Shown: one piece after another, positions 31,480 through 44,950 of the stretch
How positions within the stretch are numbered: position 1 is the stretch's first letter
Layout: each line of letters starts with the position of its first letter
NCBI GenBank assembly: GCA_002104945.1
Contig: MCFH01000086.1
Coordinates: forward strand, 62,001 to 126,000
From: Piromyces finnis finn
Lineage: Eukaryota > Fungi > Neocallimastigomycota
DNA: 64,000 nucleotides
Direction: 5' to 3'
Notes under the pieces: model-generated
What the model was told of the DNA's origin: nothing
The model's input: the letters and a program-made list of their open reading frames with translations, nothing else
Database searches by the model: none
Position numbers and translations under genes: made by a program

Positions 31480-33043
31480 TTAGTAGAGACCACACCAGTT
31501 ACCATCTTCAACACCCCATTTACCGTCATTATCGGTATAATAAATTTCATTAGTGTATTGACAACATGGGTAGCCAAGTTTTTGAGACCAGCATTCATTA
31601 TATTTACATGTATATTTAATACCACACCATTCATTATTTTCAACACCCCATTTTCCATCATTGTCAGTATATACAACTTCACAACCATTACAACATTTGT
31701 AACCAAGATTGATACTAAAACAACTATTATTAGATGTTTGACTTGAGTTTGTAGTAGTGGTAGTTTTAACAGTTGTAGTAGTCTTAATAGTTGTTTTTGT
31801 TACTGGTTTTTCATTTTTACAATGACTGTAATCAACAACACAAGATTGTTCATTTTCCCAACCCCAAAGAGAACCATCACCACCTGTAGCGCCAATTTCA
31901 CAATATTCACAGTAAGGGAAACCGTTTGGTGCCATATCATCAAAATTAAATGTTGGAACATTCGTTAATGATGATGGGCCGTTAAGATGTGGCTTTAACC
32001 AGGTCATTTGCATTGGGAACTTATCTCCTTTTGGTTCAAGTGAATACATATAAGATCCCCACCATGGACCAGCAGCCCACCATGCCCATCCAACAACATT
32101 TTCAGAATTTTGTTCTAAATAGGTAATAGCTTCTTCAACACAAGCCTTACATTCATTATTAATAGCAGCTCCTAACTCACCAATGAAGCCTTTTAAATTA
32201 TTGGCTTTTAACCATTCAACAAAGTCAACAAAAAGTTTGTTACAAGGTCTTTGTACACATTGTTCATGAGTACCTGAATAATCAGAATCGAAATATTGAT
32301 GAACTTCAAAAATAATATTTTTATCTTTAGAACTGAAATATCTAAGGGCAACTGCAGAATTAGCTTCCCCATAGAATGTTTGTTTCCAATTCCAAGCACC
32401 AGTATAGGCATTTCCCGGAACAAGAACATTGTTGTTAGCACCAGTAGCACGGATAGCGTCAACAGCATCACGAGCGGCCGCAAACCATTGGGCTGTTGGC
32501 ATATCATGTGGTTCATTAACTAAACCAAACCAAACTTTTTCATTACTTTTGTATTTTTGAGCTAATCTTTTCCATAAATCTGAAAAAGCTGAGTTAGGAA
32601 CCTGACTAGTACCAATAACTGCATTTTTGTATCTTGCAAAATTATGAGGATTAAGAATTGCAACAGCTCCTGCTTTAGTAATGTAAGTAATAACTTCATC
32701 TAAACGTCCTAATTCTGTAGCATCAAAATCAGCATTTAAACTTCTTTGTAAACGCTCCCATGCAAAACCTACACGAAAGACATTCATACCTTGATCAATT
32801 GTAGTTTGGATTGCTTTAATGTCAGGATAAATATAGTGCTTATTGTAAGTACCTGGATATTCTCCTTGACCAAATTCAGCACCAGATTCATTAACACCAG
32901 TCTATCATTATGATTAAAATATATTAAAATTATATTATTTTATTTATTTATTTATCATATTATTTTTAAACTTACAAATTGGTTTTTAGAAAATACTAAT
33001 CCAATAATGGATAAAAAAATTGTAAAAATATTGTAGAATTTCA

Positions 33044-33044
<1 letters not shown>
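31480..33044 (-). CDS. Cellulosomal GH5 endoglucanase (probably subfamily GH5_5): signal peptide, catalytic domain, CBM10-like module, Thr-rich linker, two fungal dockerins; one intron (32975-32902)
   Basis: Motifs [35 protein letters not shown] (acid/base), [12 protein letters not shown] (nucleophile) and WAAGPWW. C-terminal CFS.LGY.CC..C...YTD.DG.WGVE...WCG twice. Confidence 0.95.
31483..31722 (-). other. Tandem pair of fungal (non-catalytic) dockerin domains
   Basis: [35 protein letters not shown] and [36 protein letters not shown], the hallmark of Neocallimastigomycota cellulosome enzymes. Confidence 0.95.
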
Positions 33045-33074
<30 letters not shown>

Positions 33075-34572
33075 ATTTTTTATATTATTATGTACCAGAC
33101 AATTTTTTAGTGAATTAAAAAATCAATTTCTAATTCTTTTTTTTTTATTATTAAATATAAAAAAATAAAATTATAATAATAAAGAAAAAAATTGTTTCTT
33201 TATATGCTTTTTAATTAGTATATTCTGAATATCAGAATATCAATATTAATTAAAATTATTCACACCACATGATTATAATAACAATATAACAATATATAAC
33301 CTTAACAATAAAACAATAACAATATAATTTCTTATTATATTATCTTAACGGAATTTTTTTTAGATTTTTAATATTATAAATATCCAATTGTCTCATGGAA
33401 AAAATGAAAAATTACAATGTCTAATTATTTTTTCTCCTAAAAAGTATATAATAAAGTTTTTTTATTAAACCTAAAATATTATATATTATTAATTTTAATT
33501 AATTTGTCATCATTTAAATGGAATATTATTTTCCATATTTTTTATATATTTAACTTTATAAAATTAAACTCAAATTATTATAATTTATACTCTTATTAAG
33601 TATTTAACAAAATCTTTATTATTTTAACTAGAATTTTAAATAATTATTATACTTTGAAACATATGGAAAAAAACATACATTTAATTTTTTAATTAAGATA
33701 TATGAATACGTAATTTTCCTATTTTCCATTAGTATAATATATAAATAATTATTTTTAAAACTAAAATATTTACTATTTTATAAAAACTATATTAAAACTT
33801 TATCTATAATTCAATTATATTTTTAATATATAAATTGGCATAATTAAGAATAATTTTTTAATTTTTAAATATGAACATATATTTATTTTAATTGTTAACT
33901 TTTTAAGTTTACAAATATTGAATATTATTTATAAAATAAAATATAATAATTTAACTAAATGTATAAAACTTATTAATATAAATATATCTATACATAATAA
34001 TACATAATAATATATGAAGTATCAAATTATATTTTTAAATTGTATATATTATAATTAAGAAACAAATATATTTATTCAATAATTATATAAACTTTGATAT
34101 AGCAAGTTCAATTATCTGACTATTATTTATATTATATGTTTTCTTTTCTTTTTTTTTTTTAAGTATATAAAAATAAAGTTAATTAAATTAGTAGATTGTA
34201 TCCTGATGGGAAATAAATTTATAAAAGTAATAATTTAAAAATGTATTTAATTATGATAATAATTATTATATAATAAAAAATTAAGATGAATATAAATTAA
34301 TAAAAATTATGAAATTATTTGATAATAACATTAATAAATGCAAAGAGGGAAAAAAAATTGATTAAACTATGGATTACTTAATTATTATATATACTTATTA
34401 TAAATTTATAGTATATATTTCTCATAATTTTTATATATTGTTTTTTATATTAGAAAAGTTGATTTTTATTTTTTAAATTACAATAAATAAATTATTAATT
34501 ATAAAGGATTATTTTCGATATAATAAAACAGAAATTTTTTTATATAGAAAAATAATATTTTTTTTTTCAAAA

Positions 34573-36276
34573 ATGTTACATTATAAAAATAATTATCAAA
34601 TAAATTTATTTAGGATTCTATTCCTTATTTTAATATATAATGAATATCTTATAAACGGTTTACAAAATAATGAAAGTGATATTGAAGAAGATATTAGTGA
34701 TTTACAAAGTAATAACGAAAGTACAATAATTAATAATAATAATATTAACAGTAGTACTTTCCACAATGATGAAAAGGAAGAAATTAAAAATATAATTATA
34801 GAAGGTAGTGATGATGAACTTCCAATTAGCAATACATTAATAGAAAATAGTGATGATGAACTTCCAATTAGCAATACATTAATAGAAAATAGTGATGATG
34901 AACTTCCAATTAGCAATACATTAATAGAAAATAGTGATGCTGATTCAGTAGATGTTAATATGGCACCAATGGAAAGTGATTATATCGAAGATGAGAAGAA
35001 TAGTCCAAATTCAATATTATATATTACACCACCAAATGATATTGAAAATCAAGGAGATAATTATTTTGATAATTCCAATAAGAATACCATTAATGATGAG
35101 TATGGTAATAATAAAATTGATGAACAACAAGATAATAAAGAAGATAATGAAATCGGAAGTAAACTTAACTCTACTAATCACAATGGATATAATATTATTG
35201 AAGAAAATGAAAATTCTTATAATGTTGACGATAAAAAAATAGAAGATGATAATACTGATAATAAAAGTATTGATGGTGATGAAAATCCATTTAATTATAT
35301 TGGTAATAATAATACTGATGATGACAATGTAAATTATTACGATGCTGACGCTAATAAAAAGAATAATAATTATAATCAACAGCAAAGCGATGATGAAGAT
35401 GAATTAAATAATAATTATATTGAGAATGATGACAATGATGGTAATAGCAACATAATTGATGAAAATGATAGTAATAAAAACGATAATGATAAAGGAAATA
35501 ATAATAATTATAACAATAATAATGAATATTATAAGCATTCCAATGAAAGTAGTGATGAGGACAATAATGAAAATTCGAATGAAAGTAGTGATGAGGACAA
35601 TAATGAAAATTCGAATGAAAGTAGTGATGAGGACAATGATGAAAATTCGAATGAAAGTAGTGATGAAGACAATGATGAAAATTCGAATGAAAGTAGTGAT
35701 GAGGACAATATTGAAAAATCAAATAAAGAAAATAATGATATTAACAAAAATGATAAAAATAAAAATGATAAAAATAAAAATGATAAAAATAAAAATGATA
35801 AAAATAAAAATGACGATAATAAAAATACTGATAATGATGAAAGTCAAGATGAAAATAGTAATAATAGTGGAGATGATGGTGATGATGAAAGTCAAGATGA
35901 AAATAGTAATGATAGTGGAGATGATGGTGATGATGAAAGTCAAGATGGAAGTATTAATGATGATGAAAATCAAAACAATAATAAAACCTTAAATACCAAT
36001 AATGATAGTGATCATAATAATGATAATGATAATAATAATAGCAATGGAAATGAATATAGTATTTCTAGAAACAATAAAGAAGGTAATAATACTAATGTTG
36101 GTTTTAACAGTGAAGATGAATTAGATGATTCTAACGTTACTGAATCTAATAATAATGCATCAGATGAAGAAGTTTCAGAATCTGAGATGGAAATTAAAAA
36201 AGAAACAAATAAAAGTGATAAAATAAATGAAATAAGAAAAAGATATAAAAATGAGAAAATTAAAAATGATTATTAA
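34573..36276 (+). CDS. Intronless, probably secreted, very acidic D/E/N/S-rich low-complexity repeat protein (567 aa)
   Basis: Long ORF with a hydrophobic N-terminus (LFRILFLILIYNEYLING) and four in-frame tandem repeat blocks. No recognisable domain. Confidence 0.7.
   Translation: MLHYKNNYQINLFRILFLILIYNEYLINGLQNNESDIEEDISDLQSNNESTIINNNNINSSTFHNDEKEEIKNIIIEGSDDELPISNTLIENSDDELPISNTLIENSDDELPISNTLIENSDADSVDVNMAPMESDYIEDEKNSPNSILYITPPNDIENQGDNYFDNSNKNTINDEYGNNKIDEQQDNKEDNEIGSKLNSTNHNGYNIIEENENSYNVDDKKIEDDNTDNKSIDGDENPFNYIGNNNTDDDNVNYYDADANKKNNNYNQQQSDDEDELNNNYIENDDNDGNSNIIDENDSNKNDNDKGNNNNYNNNNEYYKHSNESSDEDNNENSNESSDEDNNENSNESSDEDNDENSNESSDEDNDENSNESSDEDNIEKSNKENNDINKNDKNKNDKNKNDKNKNDKNKNDDNKNTDNDESQDENSNNSGDDGDDESQDENSNDSGDDGDDESQDGSINDDENQNNNKTLNTNNDSDHNNDNDNNNSNGNEYSISRNNKEGNNTNVGFNSEDELDDSNVTESNNNASDEEVSESEMEIKKETNKSDKINEIRKRYKNEKIKNDY
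34807..34939 (+). repeat. 42-bp coding tandem repeat x3 (SDDELPISNTLIEN)
   Basis: agtgatgatgaacttccaattagcaatacattaatagaaaat repeated three times exactly. Confidence 0.95.
35542..35946 (+). repeat. Coding tandem repeats: 36-bp x~4.7 (NESSDEDNNENS), 15-bp x4 (NDKNK), 48-bp x~2.4 (DDESQDENSNNSGDDG)
   Basis: Visible directly at 35542-35710, 35749-35808 and 35833-35946. Confidence 0.9.
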
Positions 36277-38905
36277 ATATAACGAATATTAGATATTAGA
36301 TATTTTAAAATAAATTGTATAATATGTAAAATCATAAAAATAATATTGTAAAAGTTTTTTTTTTTATTTTTTTTTTTCAATATCTAATTTCCATAATATA
36401 ATAATATAATATAAGATAACTTGATTTTATAATTGGTAAATAAAATTAACAATTATATAAAAAAAATTATTTCAAATTCATAGCGTGCTTTAATATTATT
36501 ATAATTTATATTACAGATAGAATAACATTAATATTCAAATATAAAAGGTAAGATTTTTTAATATTTAATAAAAGATTTATATAAATTGATGGCCTCTTTA
36601 TTGAAGTGTTAAAATGCAAAATTAAAATTTTAATAACCAAATATTTATAACCAAACTCTAACTTTTAATACAAAGAATATTTTTACATGTTATACAAATT
36701 AATATATTATTTGTTCACTAAAATTTATATATAAATTATAAATTATATTTAAATAAATAATTTATATATTGATTTAAAATGTAATAATATAATAAGATAA
36801 TTAATTATAGAAGATATAATAATTAATATATTCAATGAAATAAAATAAAAGAAAATCCTTCGTTTTCTTATTTTCTTTCCATATATATATATATATATAT
36901 ATTTTAAAATAGAACTTAAATTCAAAAAAATAAATAAATAAAATTTTAAAAAGAAAGGATTACAATCTTCTTAAATAAATGTATTTTCAATTTTAAGAGT
37001 TACATTTAAATTAAAAAAAAAAAAAAAAAAAACACTTTTTATATTATTATGATATTTTTAGACCGCCACATTTTTATTAGTAGTAAAACAATAAAGTTTT
37101 AAAAAAAAAATCATATGCTAAATATTTTTAAATAAAACGAAAAAAACTAATAATAAATTTATTCATTTATATTCACTTATATTTGAATATATCTATGTTA
37201 AATTATTTACTATATATTTAATCTAATATAACACAAAATAATATATTATGAATTACAAAAAAAAAAAAAAATACTCCTTTTTTTTAAAAAAAAAAAAAAA
37301 GGCTATTTAATGATTACTTCATATAATTATAATACTTAAAATAATAATAATTTGAATAATTTATAGTATCGATCAATTATAAATATTAATATATATTATA
37401 TATTAATTATTTTATCTTTATTTTGTCGGCTTTTTCAATATAAAAAAACTTGTTTTATTAAAAAAATAGAAAAGTATTAATTTTATTTTAAAGAAAAAAT
37501 GAATAAGTATTTTTATAATATATTTCTCTTATAAAATAACAAATATTATTAAAATATACTTTTTTAATATTCTGATATTAATTATAAAAAAAAAAAAAGA
37601 AATTGTATTACTATTTTTAGGAATTGTAATTTATTTATCAATAAAATAAAAAAAAAAATTTTTTCAATATTATTCGAATATTAATAAATTTTAAAAATCA
37701 TATGAAAATATATAAAATAATTATTCTTTTTGAATAATATATTATAATATATTTAATAATATGTATAGAATAAAGTCTTCAATGATTTAAAGTATTTGGA
37801 TAAAAAAAAATATTATATTAAAATCTAATAGAATTTCCATTATTATTACTCTAAAAATAATTACACAATAGTAAACATATAATACTTTATATTACACTAG
37901 ATATTAAAAATTTTCAATTACATTAATGTAATAGTATTCAGAATATTTTTTATTATATGTCACCATTTCAACCTTAAAATAAATATAATTAAAATTACAA
38001 TACATATATTAATATAATATAAATAATCAAAAAATATGTTTTTAGGTAAATATAATTTTTATGGGATAAAACAATATATAAACTTTCAATAATATAAATG
38101 TATTTTAATGTATTATATTAAAAAATATATATATATTAATCCCCTTATTAAAAATATTATAATAGCCCTTTAAATTTTATAAAACCTCTTGATTATTAGA
38201 CTATAAAGTATTTTCTTAAGTTTTGTTAGATCTGGAGTTTAATATAATTATATAGTTGTTTATTTATTTACTTAACTTATCTCTACTATCCTTTTTTAAT
38301 ATAAATTAAATATATATTATATATTTAATTTTATTCATAAATGAATGTATCAAGTATTTATATCTATTATATTAGGATTTATAAAGTTAATATATTTTAA
38401 TTGAGTGATATTGTAATAAGAAGTATATATTAGTTTATAAGTATAATATATTGTTATATATTGTTTAAAGTAAAGTAATAAAAAATTAATAAACATTCTA
38501 AAAAAATAAATAAACTTTATAATATATACTTTCATAAATCTTATAAATATAAAATAAATGTTTCTTTCCTTACGTCTTTTTACATTTATAATATAAAAAA
38601 AACTAAGTTGGAATTAGAAGAGGAAATAATTAAAATAATAATTGAAAAAATAATTTATTGAAAATAAACCCAAAAACTACTTGTAAGTTGAAATATAAAA
38701 TTGAAATAATAAAATCAATAAATATATATGGATAAAAAATTTAAATTCATTTTGATATAATTAAATTTATAAAAAAATAAAGCATTTAAAAACAAATATT
38801 AATAAATTATATAATATAATAAATGTATTATGTATAGATAATTTAAATAAATAAATTTAATAATTACTAAAAAAAAATAATAAAATAAAATAAAACCAAA
38901 TAAAC

Positions 38906-39760
38906 ATGGGATTATTAACACCAATTTTCAATAACATCTTCATTAAATTAACCGGTCAAGACCCACATGATTTTCGCTTTAAGCAAGGAAATGTACCATT
39001 ATCACAACTCCATGAAGTTGTGTTTGGTTTTGCTTTATATCTTACTGTCGTTTTTTCAATTCAACATATTATGAAAAAGCATAATCCAATTAGATTGAAA
39101 TGGATGAATTTCTTACATAATTGTATTCTTTGTGTTGGCTCAGCAATTCTTGTAACATTATTCATGGAAATTATAATTCCAATGATTTACAATCATGGTT
39201 TCTATTACTCAATTTGCAATCCAGCTTCTCGTGACCCAGCTTCTGGTATTGAAATACTTTATTATCTTAATTATTTATTCAAATGGTATGAATTCATGGA
39301 TACTGTATACCTTGCTTTAAAGAAAAAGAAGTTACAATTCTTACATGTTTATCACCATGCTTTCACCATGATCCTTTGTTATGTTGAATTAGATGGTGGA
39401 GCTGCTTCTTCATGGTTTGTTATTTGTCTTAATATCTTCATTCACGTCATTATGTACTATTATTATGCTCGTACTAGTATTATTAAGAAGCCAGTATGGT
39501 GGAAAAAACATTTAACTACTTTCCAAATTACACAATTTGTACTTGATTTAATAGTAATTAACTTTGCTTCTTACAACTATTTTGTTAACAAATACAATGT
39601 TAACTTACCAGTTTATGGTCAATGTTATTCAAAGAACGATAGAACTGCACTTGTTTCATGGTTCCTTATTTCTTCATATCTTGTTCTTTTTGTTGACTTT
39701 TTCATTAAAACTTACAAGGTTAAGAGTAAAAAACAAGTTTCTGCCAAAAAGTCCAACTGA
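38906..39760 (+). CDS. ELO: Fatty acid elongase (ELO/GNS1/SUR4 family), intronless
   Basis: Motifs YLNYLFKWYEFMDTVYLAL, FLHVYHH, NIFIHVIMYYYY, WKKHLTTFQITQF and YLVLFVDFFIKTY; Lys-rich C-terminus. Confidence 0.95.
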   Translation: MGLLTPIFNNIFIKLTGQDPHDFRFKQGNVPLSQLHEVVFGFALYLTVVFSIQHIMKKHNPIRLKWMNFLHNCILCVGSAILVTLFMEIIIPMIYNHGFYYSICNPASRDPASGIEILYYLNYLFKWYEFMDTVYLALKKKKLQFLHVYHHAFTMILCYVELDGGAASSWFVICLNIFIHVIMYYYYARTSIIKKPVWWKKHLTTFQITQFVLDLIVINFASYNYFVNKYNVNLPVYGQCYSKNDRTALVSWFLISSYLVLFVDFFIKTYKVKSKKQVSAKKSN

Positions 39761-40846
39761 AGCAAAAAGCAAAAGCAAAAAAAAAAAAAAATAAGTAATA
39801 GAAATGAATAATCGCAAATAATTACATTTATTAATAAATAAACTATTTAAATTTTAATTATTATTTAAAAAATCACCATAATAACATTAAATAAAAATTA
39901 GGAAAATATAATATCGTATTATAGAAAAATAAAAAAAGTATTTAAAAAAAAAATAGATAATCATAAAATTAATATAGTTTTTCTCTAAAAAATAAAAAAA
40001 AATTAATATAGAAAAAACATAAAAAATAATATTAACAAAAAAAAAAAAAAAAGATAAATTATATTAAAATTAAGAGAATATTTAATTTACATTTTGCCTT
40101 ACTACATAGTTTTATTAAATATTTGTGTTTATTTAAATAATAAAATAAAAATAAAAATATAAAAATATAAATAAAAGTTTACATATAAAGAGTAGATTTA
40201 TTGAAATATATATTGCTTTAAAAAAAAAAAGAAAGAAAGAAAATATTAACATAATGAATGTGAATACAATAAAGGCTTGCTAATGTATATAGGAAGGAAA
40301 AGTGAACTTAATATATCACAATAAATATTACTTCTTAATAAAAAAAAATACTATGTATTTTTATTTTTATAGTGTTTTATTATTTTATAAATTTTATATA
40401 TCGTTAATATTAATGTATTTATCATTATATTTCTTTGTATTATATGAAGGAAAAAAAAAAAAAAAGAAGGAAAATATGAATAAAATCATTGCATTAGTAA
40501 TATTAGTTTTTAAATTATTTGGCTATAGTTTATTAATGACTTTTAATTAATCTTTAAAATTATATTTGAAATTTTATTAAATTATATAGATTTTTTTTTT
40601 AAATATATACATTTTTTTAATAAGAAATAATATTTAATAGAAATTTAAATATTTATAATTGACCATTAAAACTAGAGACGTATTACAGTTATTAATAGGG
40701 TATATAATAATATTTTGAATAATAGATTTTTTCATAATAAATTATAATGTAATATGATTATTTATGTGGTTTGATATTATTAAAAATTATATTGATATAA
40801 AATTAATGAAAAATAAACTCTTTCTATAGTATAAATTATCAAAAAA

Positions 40847-42454
40847 TTATTTGTTAATGTAACCAAAGTTTTCTAAGTCTTTTGTTATAATATTTAATTT
40901 AACTTTAACAGTTCCTTGACTTTTTACCCTAGTTACTTTTGACAATAATCATAATTATTAAAGAAAAATATATTAAAATCTAGAAAAAAAGTTTTTTTTT
41001 TTACTATTTAAGTATATTTTATTTAATAAAATTAAAATATTTTAATATATAAGTTCATATACCTTCTCTTCCTTCATTTTTAACAACAAAACGAGAATCC
41101 AAAAATTCTGGCAATTTACCAGCCAATACAGCAATAAAACCATTTAATGGTACAGAGGCAACTGGAATAAATGTTGGTACAAATTTTTCATATCTATATA
41201 TCATTAAATAATAATTTAATGATTAGAATCATATTTTAAATATATATAGAAAAAAAAAACATTCATTTTTAATATAAAAACCAAAATAAATTAATATTTA
41301 TTTTATTTTTAAAAAATTCTATTTTTAAAAAATAATACATAATATCAAAATGTATTAATATTAATATTTTAATATCTTACTGTCCACTACTAAGAGGTAG
41401 TCTTAAAGATCCATAACCTCTAATAACATCACGACCAAAACTGTCTAAACCATAGACATTAAATACAATTTGTGGCCAACCTTAATATATATATTGATAA
41501 TAATATATTTTATAAGTATTCAAAGTAAATTATTATAGTTAATTTTAATTATCATTTCATTAAATGAAAATTGAAAAGTAAAATAAATATATTATATATT
41601 AATAAAAAATTAATTCATATATAAATAATAGATATTTTATAATAATACCATAAGCATTTGTTGATTTAAAAGCAATTTCTAATGGGAAATTCCAAACACA
41701 TACACGACCTGGAGGAATATCTTTAGTTGAAGAAGTTGAAGCTGAAAATGTTATACTAGTAGATGCCTTTCCAAGCTGAGTAATACCTTCTTCTACTCCC
41801 TTATGATTAAATAATACATTAACATTTTATATTAAAATAAAAAAAAGAGACATAGTACATAAAATATCAAAATAATACTTATTAATACATTAAATTATCT
41901 AAAAATATATATTTTATATATATAGCATAATTTTTGACACTTACAGAGATGACAGTCCAGTCAGATCCATAAACTACTGAATATTTGCAATATAGATTAT
42001 CATATTCAGGAAACTTTTTTTGAAAAATAAAAAACATAAAAAATAATAAAATATATATGATTTTTAATAATATTTTAATTTTTATAGTCAGATTAATAAT
42101 GCTAGAAAATAAAATATCTTTCGTAATATTTTATTATTATTAAAAAAGAAAGTGATGTTTTAAAATTGTATTAATATAATTTTATTATATCTCAATTTTT
42201 TATTCAAATAATGATGTAATAAGAGTTTTATAAACTTAATTTTCATATATCCAATCCTAATATTTTCATTTTTATAATTATTTAATAACTGTTTCTTGCA
42301 TGTTTTTTTGTTTTATTTTTGTTCTTATTTATAATACACTTTTCCTTTATTTCTTTATTTTAAATTTAATATATAATATATATAATAAAAAAAAGTATCA
42401 TACATAAGCAGATTCAATTTGAGCTAAACAAGCTAATGAAAAATAAGAAGACAT
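40847..42454 (-). CDS. B9D1: B9 domain protein 1 (ciliary transition zone, MKS module), multi-exon; missed by the ORF track
   Basis: Spliced: [17 protein letters not shown]|[96 protein letters not shown]. This aligns nearly end to end with human B9D1 as I recall it. Confidence 0.92.
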
Positions 42455-43706
42455 ACTGATATAATAATAAATTATATTTAGAAAACAAGTCTGACTTCCA
42501 ATAACTTCCTTTTATTTTTATTAAATATTTTCTATATTTTTCTATAATATTTTCCTTTTTTTTCTGTATTCCAATTATGTTTTCTTTTTTTTAATATAAT
42601 CCTTATTGATTTTAATTTTTTGCTTTGTTTTTTATTGAGACTTTAATCAATTATCTAAATTTGTAAAACCAATATAGAAATATAATAAGGTGGTAATTTA
42701 TATTAAAATGAGTAATACAAAATAAATATTTTGCGTTTAATTATCCTGTTAATAATACTTCTTTAATTTCTCAATATGTTAAATAAAGTTGTATAAGTTA
42801 CTTTTTTTCTAAAATTGTTTATATATGGAATTGAACACTATATATATTTATTCAAATATTATATTGAAAATAAATTTCTTCAAAATGGTATATATTTCTA
42901 TATTATTAATTGTCTATAATTTTAATTGTGTTATAATTTATAAAGATTTTTCAATTATATTATTTATTTAAAATATAAATTACTTTTTTATTACAAAAAT
43001 TATTTTTATATTCAAATTATATTGAATATCATTGGTTAAAATAAAATTGAAATTTAAAGTTTTTAAAGTTTAATTAATTTTATTTCCTAATATGTCGATT
43101 ATGTCTAATTAAACATATATTGTTTCATCTTTGGTATTATTTCATAACCTTATAACCTTGAATAGTAATGCTTCCTTTTTTAAATACTGAGTTTTCATAA
43201 CATTTTCGAAATAAAAAATGTTCTTATAATATGTTTTATTTCACTATTTTTATTTTTTCAATCTAAATATTTAATTTTATTTTTTATGTAAAAAAAAAAT
43301 TAAAAATGTTGATATCATATGATGATATGTTACACAAATAGTTATTTATGATATTTTTACATATAAAAATACAAATTTCATAATACTTATTTAATGTATT
43401 AATTATTAATCGGAGTTGTAATTAATTACATATATTATATAGATTATATCCTTAATATTTATTAGATTAAGAATAGAATGTATTAAAAAGCCTCTGTCTT
43501 AATATTTTTTATTTAATATAAATTAAACTTTTCAAGGAAATAAAAATAAAATAAAAAATAAAAAAAAAAATAATGAAAAAAAAACCTATATTTCATTTCT
43601 TGTTAATTATAATATTAAAAACTAAAAATTTTATACAAACATAAATTATTTTTCGCAACATCTATTAACACAGGAAATAAAACAGAAAAACCAAACGTAA
43701 TACAAA

Positions 43707-44789
43707 ATGGATATTTATAATAAAAAAAAATATATTGGTAAATTAAAAAAAGTAAAGATATATGAACCTCCAGAACCAATAGAACGTCGTGAACATGGAA
43801 TGGATGATGTTCAAGTCAATGGTACTTTACTATGTGAAGAAAAGCAAAGAAAATTAATGAATAATATGGTATACATTAAAATTGAAAATAATATATTTTA
43901 ATAAATATATATATGGTTTTAAAGAGTATTCTATTTCATTTATAGAATGTATAATTCCCTGTATATATATTTTATTATATATTCATATTTACATATTTTT
44001 CTTTCTTTATAATGCATGGATAGAATAATATAAGAATATCAAATGAAAAATATTTAAGAGAACATCCAGAAATTAATGATATCATAGGCTACTGTAAGAA
44101 TTAATTATATATAATTAATTTACTATATTCACTAAAAATAATACTATTAATGTAGACAGTAAACCTATCATCTAATATTCCATTTAAATTTTTAATTATA
44201 ATTAAAACTTGGAATTATAACTTAAAATTGTTAAAATTGGAAAACTTCATTTCTTTATTTTATATATTAAATAATAATAATAATAATAACAATAATAAAT
44301 GCTATTCTATTCAATTATTTATATATAAAACTCGAAATCCTTCATAATCACAACTACTCTTATTTTTCCAACTTAAATGAAAACGAAGTTATTTCGAACG
44401 TACTAAAAAATAAGCCGAAGGATATAGATGAATATGCCTCTGGTATATTAATAATATATCTATTTTTTTTTTTGTTTTTGAATAATATAATTCTAACGAA
44501 TTAATTATATCATTTATTATTGTTTTATATATATATATTTTTTATTATATAATTTATTTATCCATATGGATTCTTTCACATATATTTATAATACATAAAC
44601 CCATAATTATTATTTTTTTTAAAAAAAAAATACAAAATGAAAATATTCAAATTCAAATTAAATTTTTCTTACTTTAAATGGTTACAATATTATTAAATTG
44701 TAGAATTACTATCAAGTGATACTTTACAAAATGATGTTGCTAAATATAAAGAAGAATATTTAGAAATTAAAGAATTAAATAAAAAATAA
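43707..44789 (+). CDS. RIIAD1: RIIa (dimerization/docking) domain protein, RIIAD1-like, 4 exons
   Basis: Spliced: ..EEKQRKLMNNM|NNIRISNEKYLREHPEINDIIGY|FISNVLKNKPKDIDEYAS|ELLSS.. versus human RIIAD1 KIQTRIANEKYLRTHKEVEWLISGFFREIFLKRPDNILEFAADYFTD. Confidence 0.72.
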
Positions 44790-44950
44790 ATATAACAAAT
44801 GTATATTAATTAATGCCAATTTTTTTTTTTTACTTTTTTTCTTATGTATTATTATTACATGCCTTCTATTAAATGAAAAAAAAAATAAAAAAAACTATCA
44901 AATTCTAAATCTTCACTATATTCCATTTAATTCATGTTTTTCATCATTAA

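Noticed and set aside
34596-35992. Several overlapping Ile/Met/His-rich ORFs with apparent repeats
   Set aside because: Alternative-frame and antisense readings of the acidic protein's tandem repeats.
30309-43340. Shared 11-mer GTTACACAAAT upstream of PLK4 (30309) and between B9D1 and RIIAD1 (43329) as a ciliary promoter motif
   Set aside because: A single shared 11-mer is expected by chance in such AT-rich spacers, and it is not an X-box.
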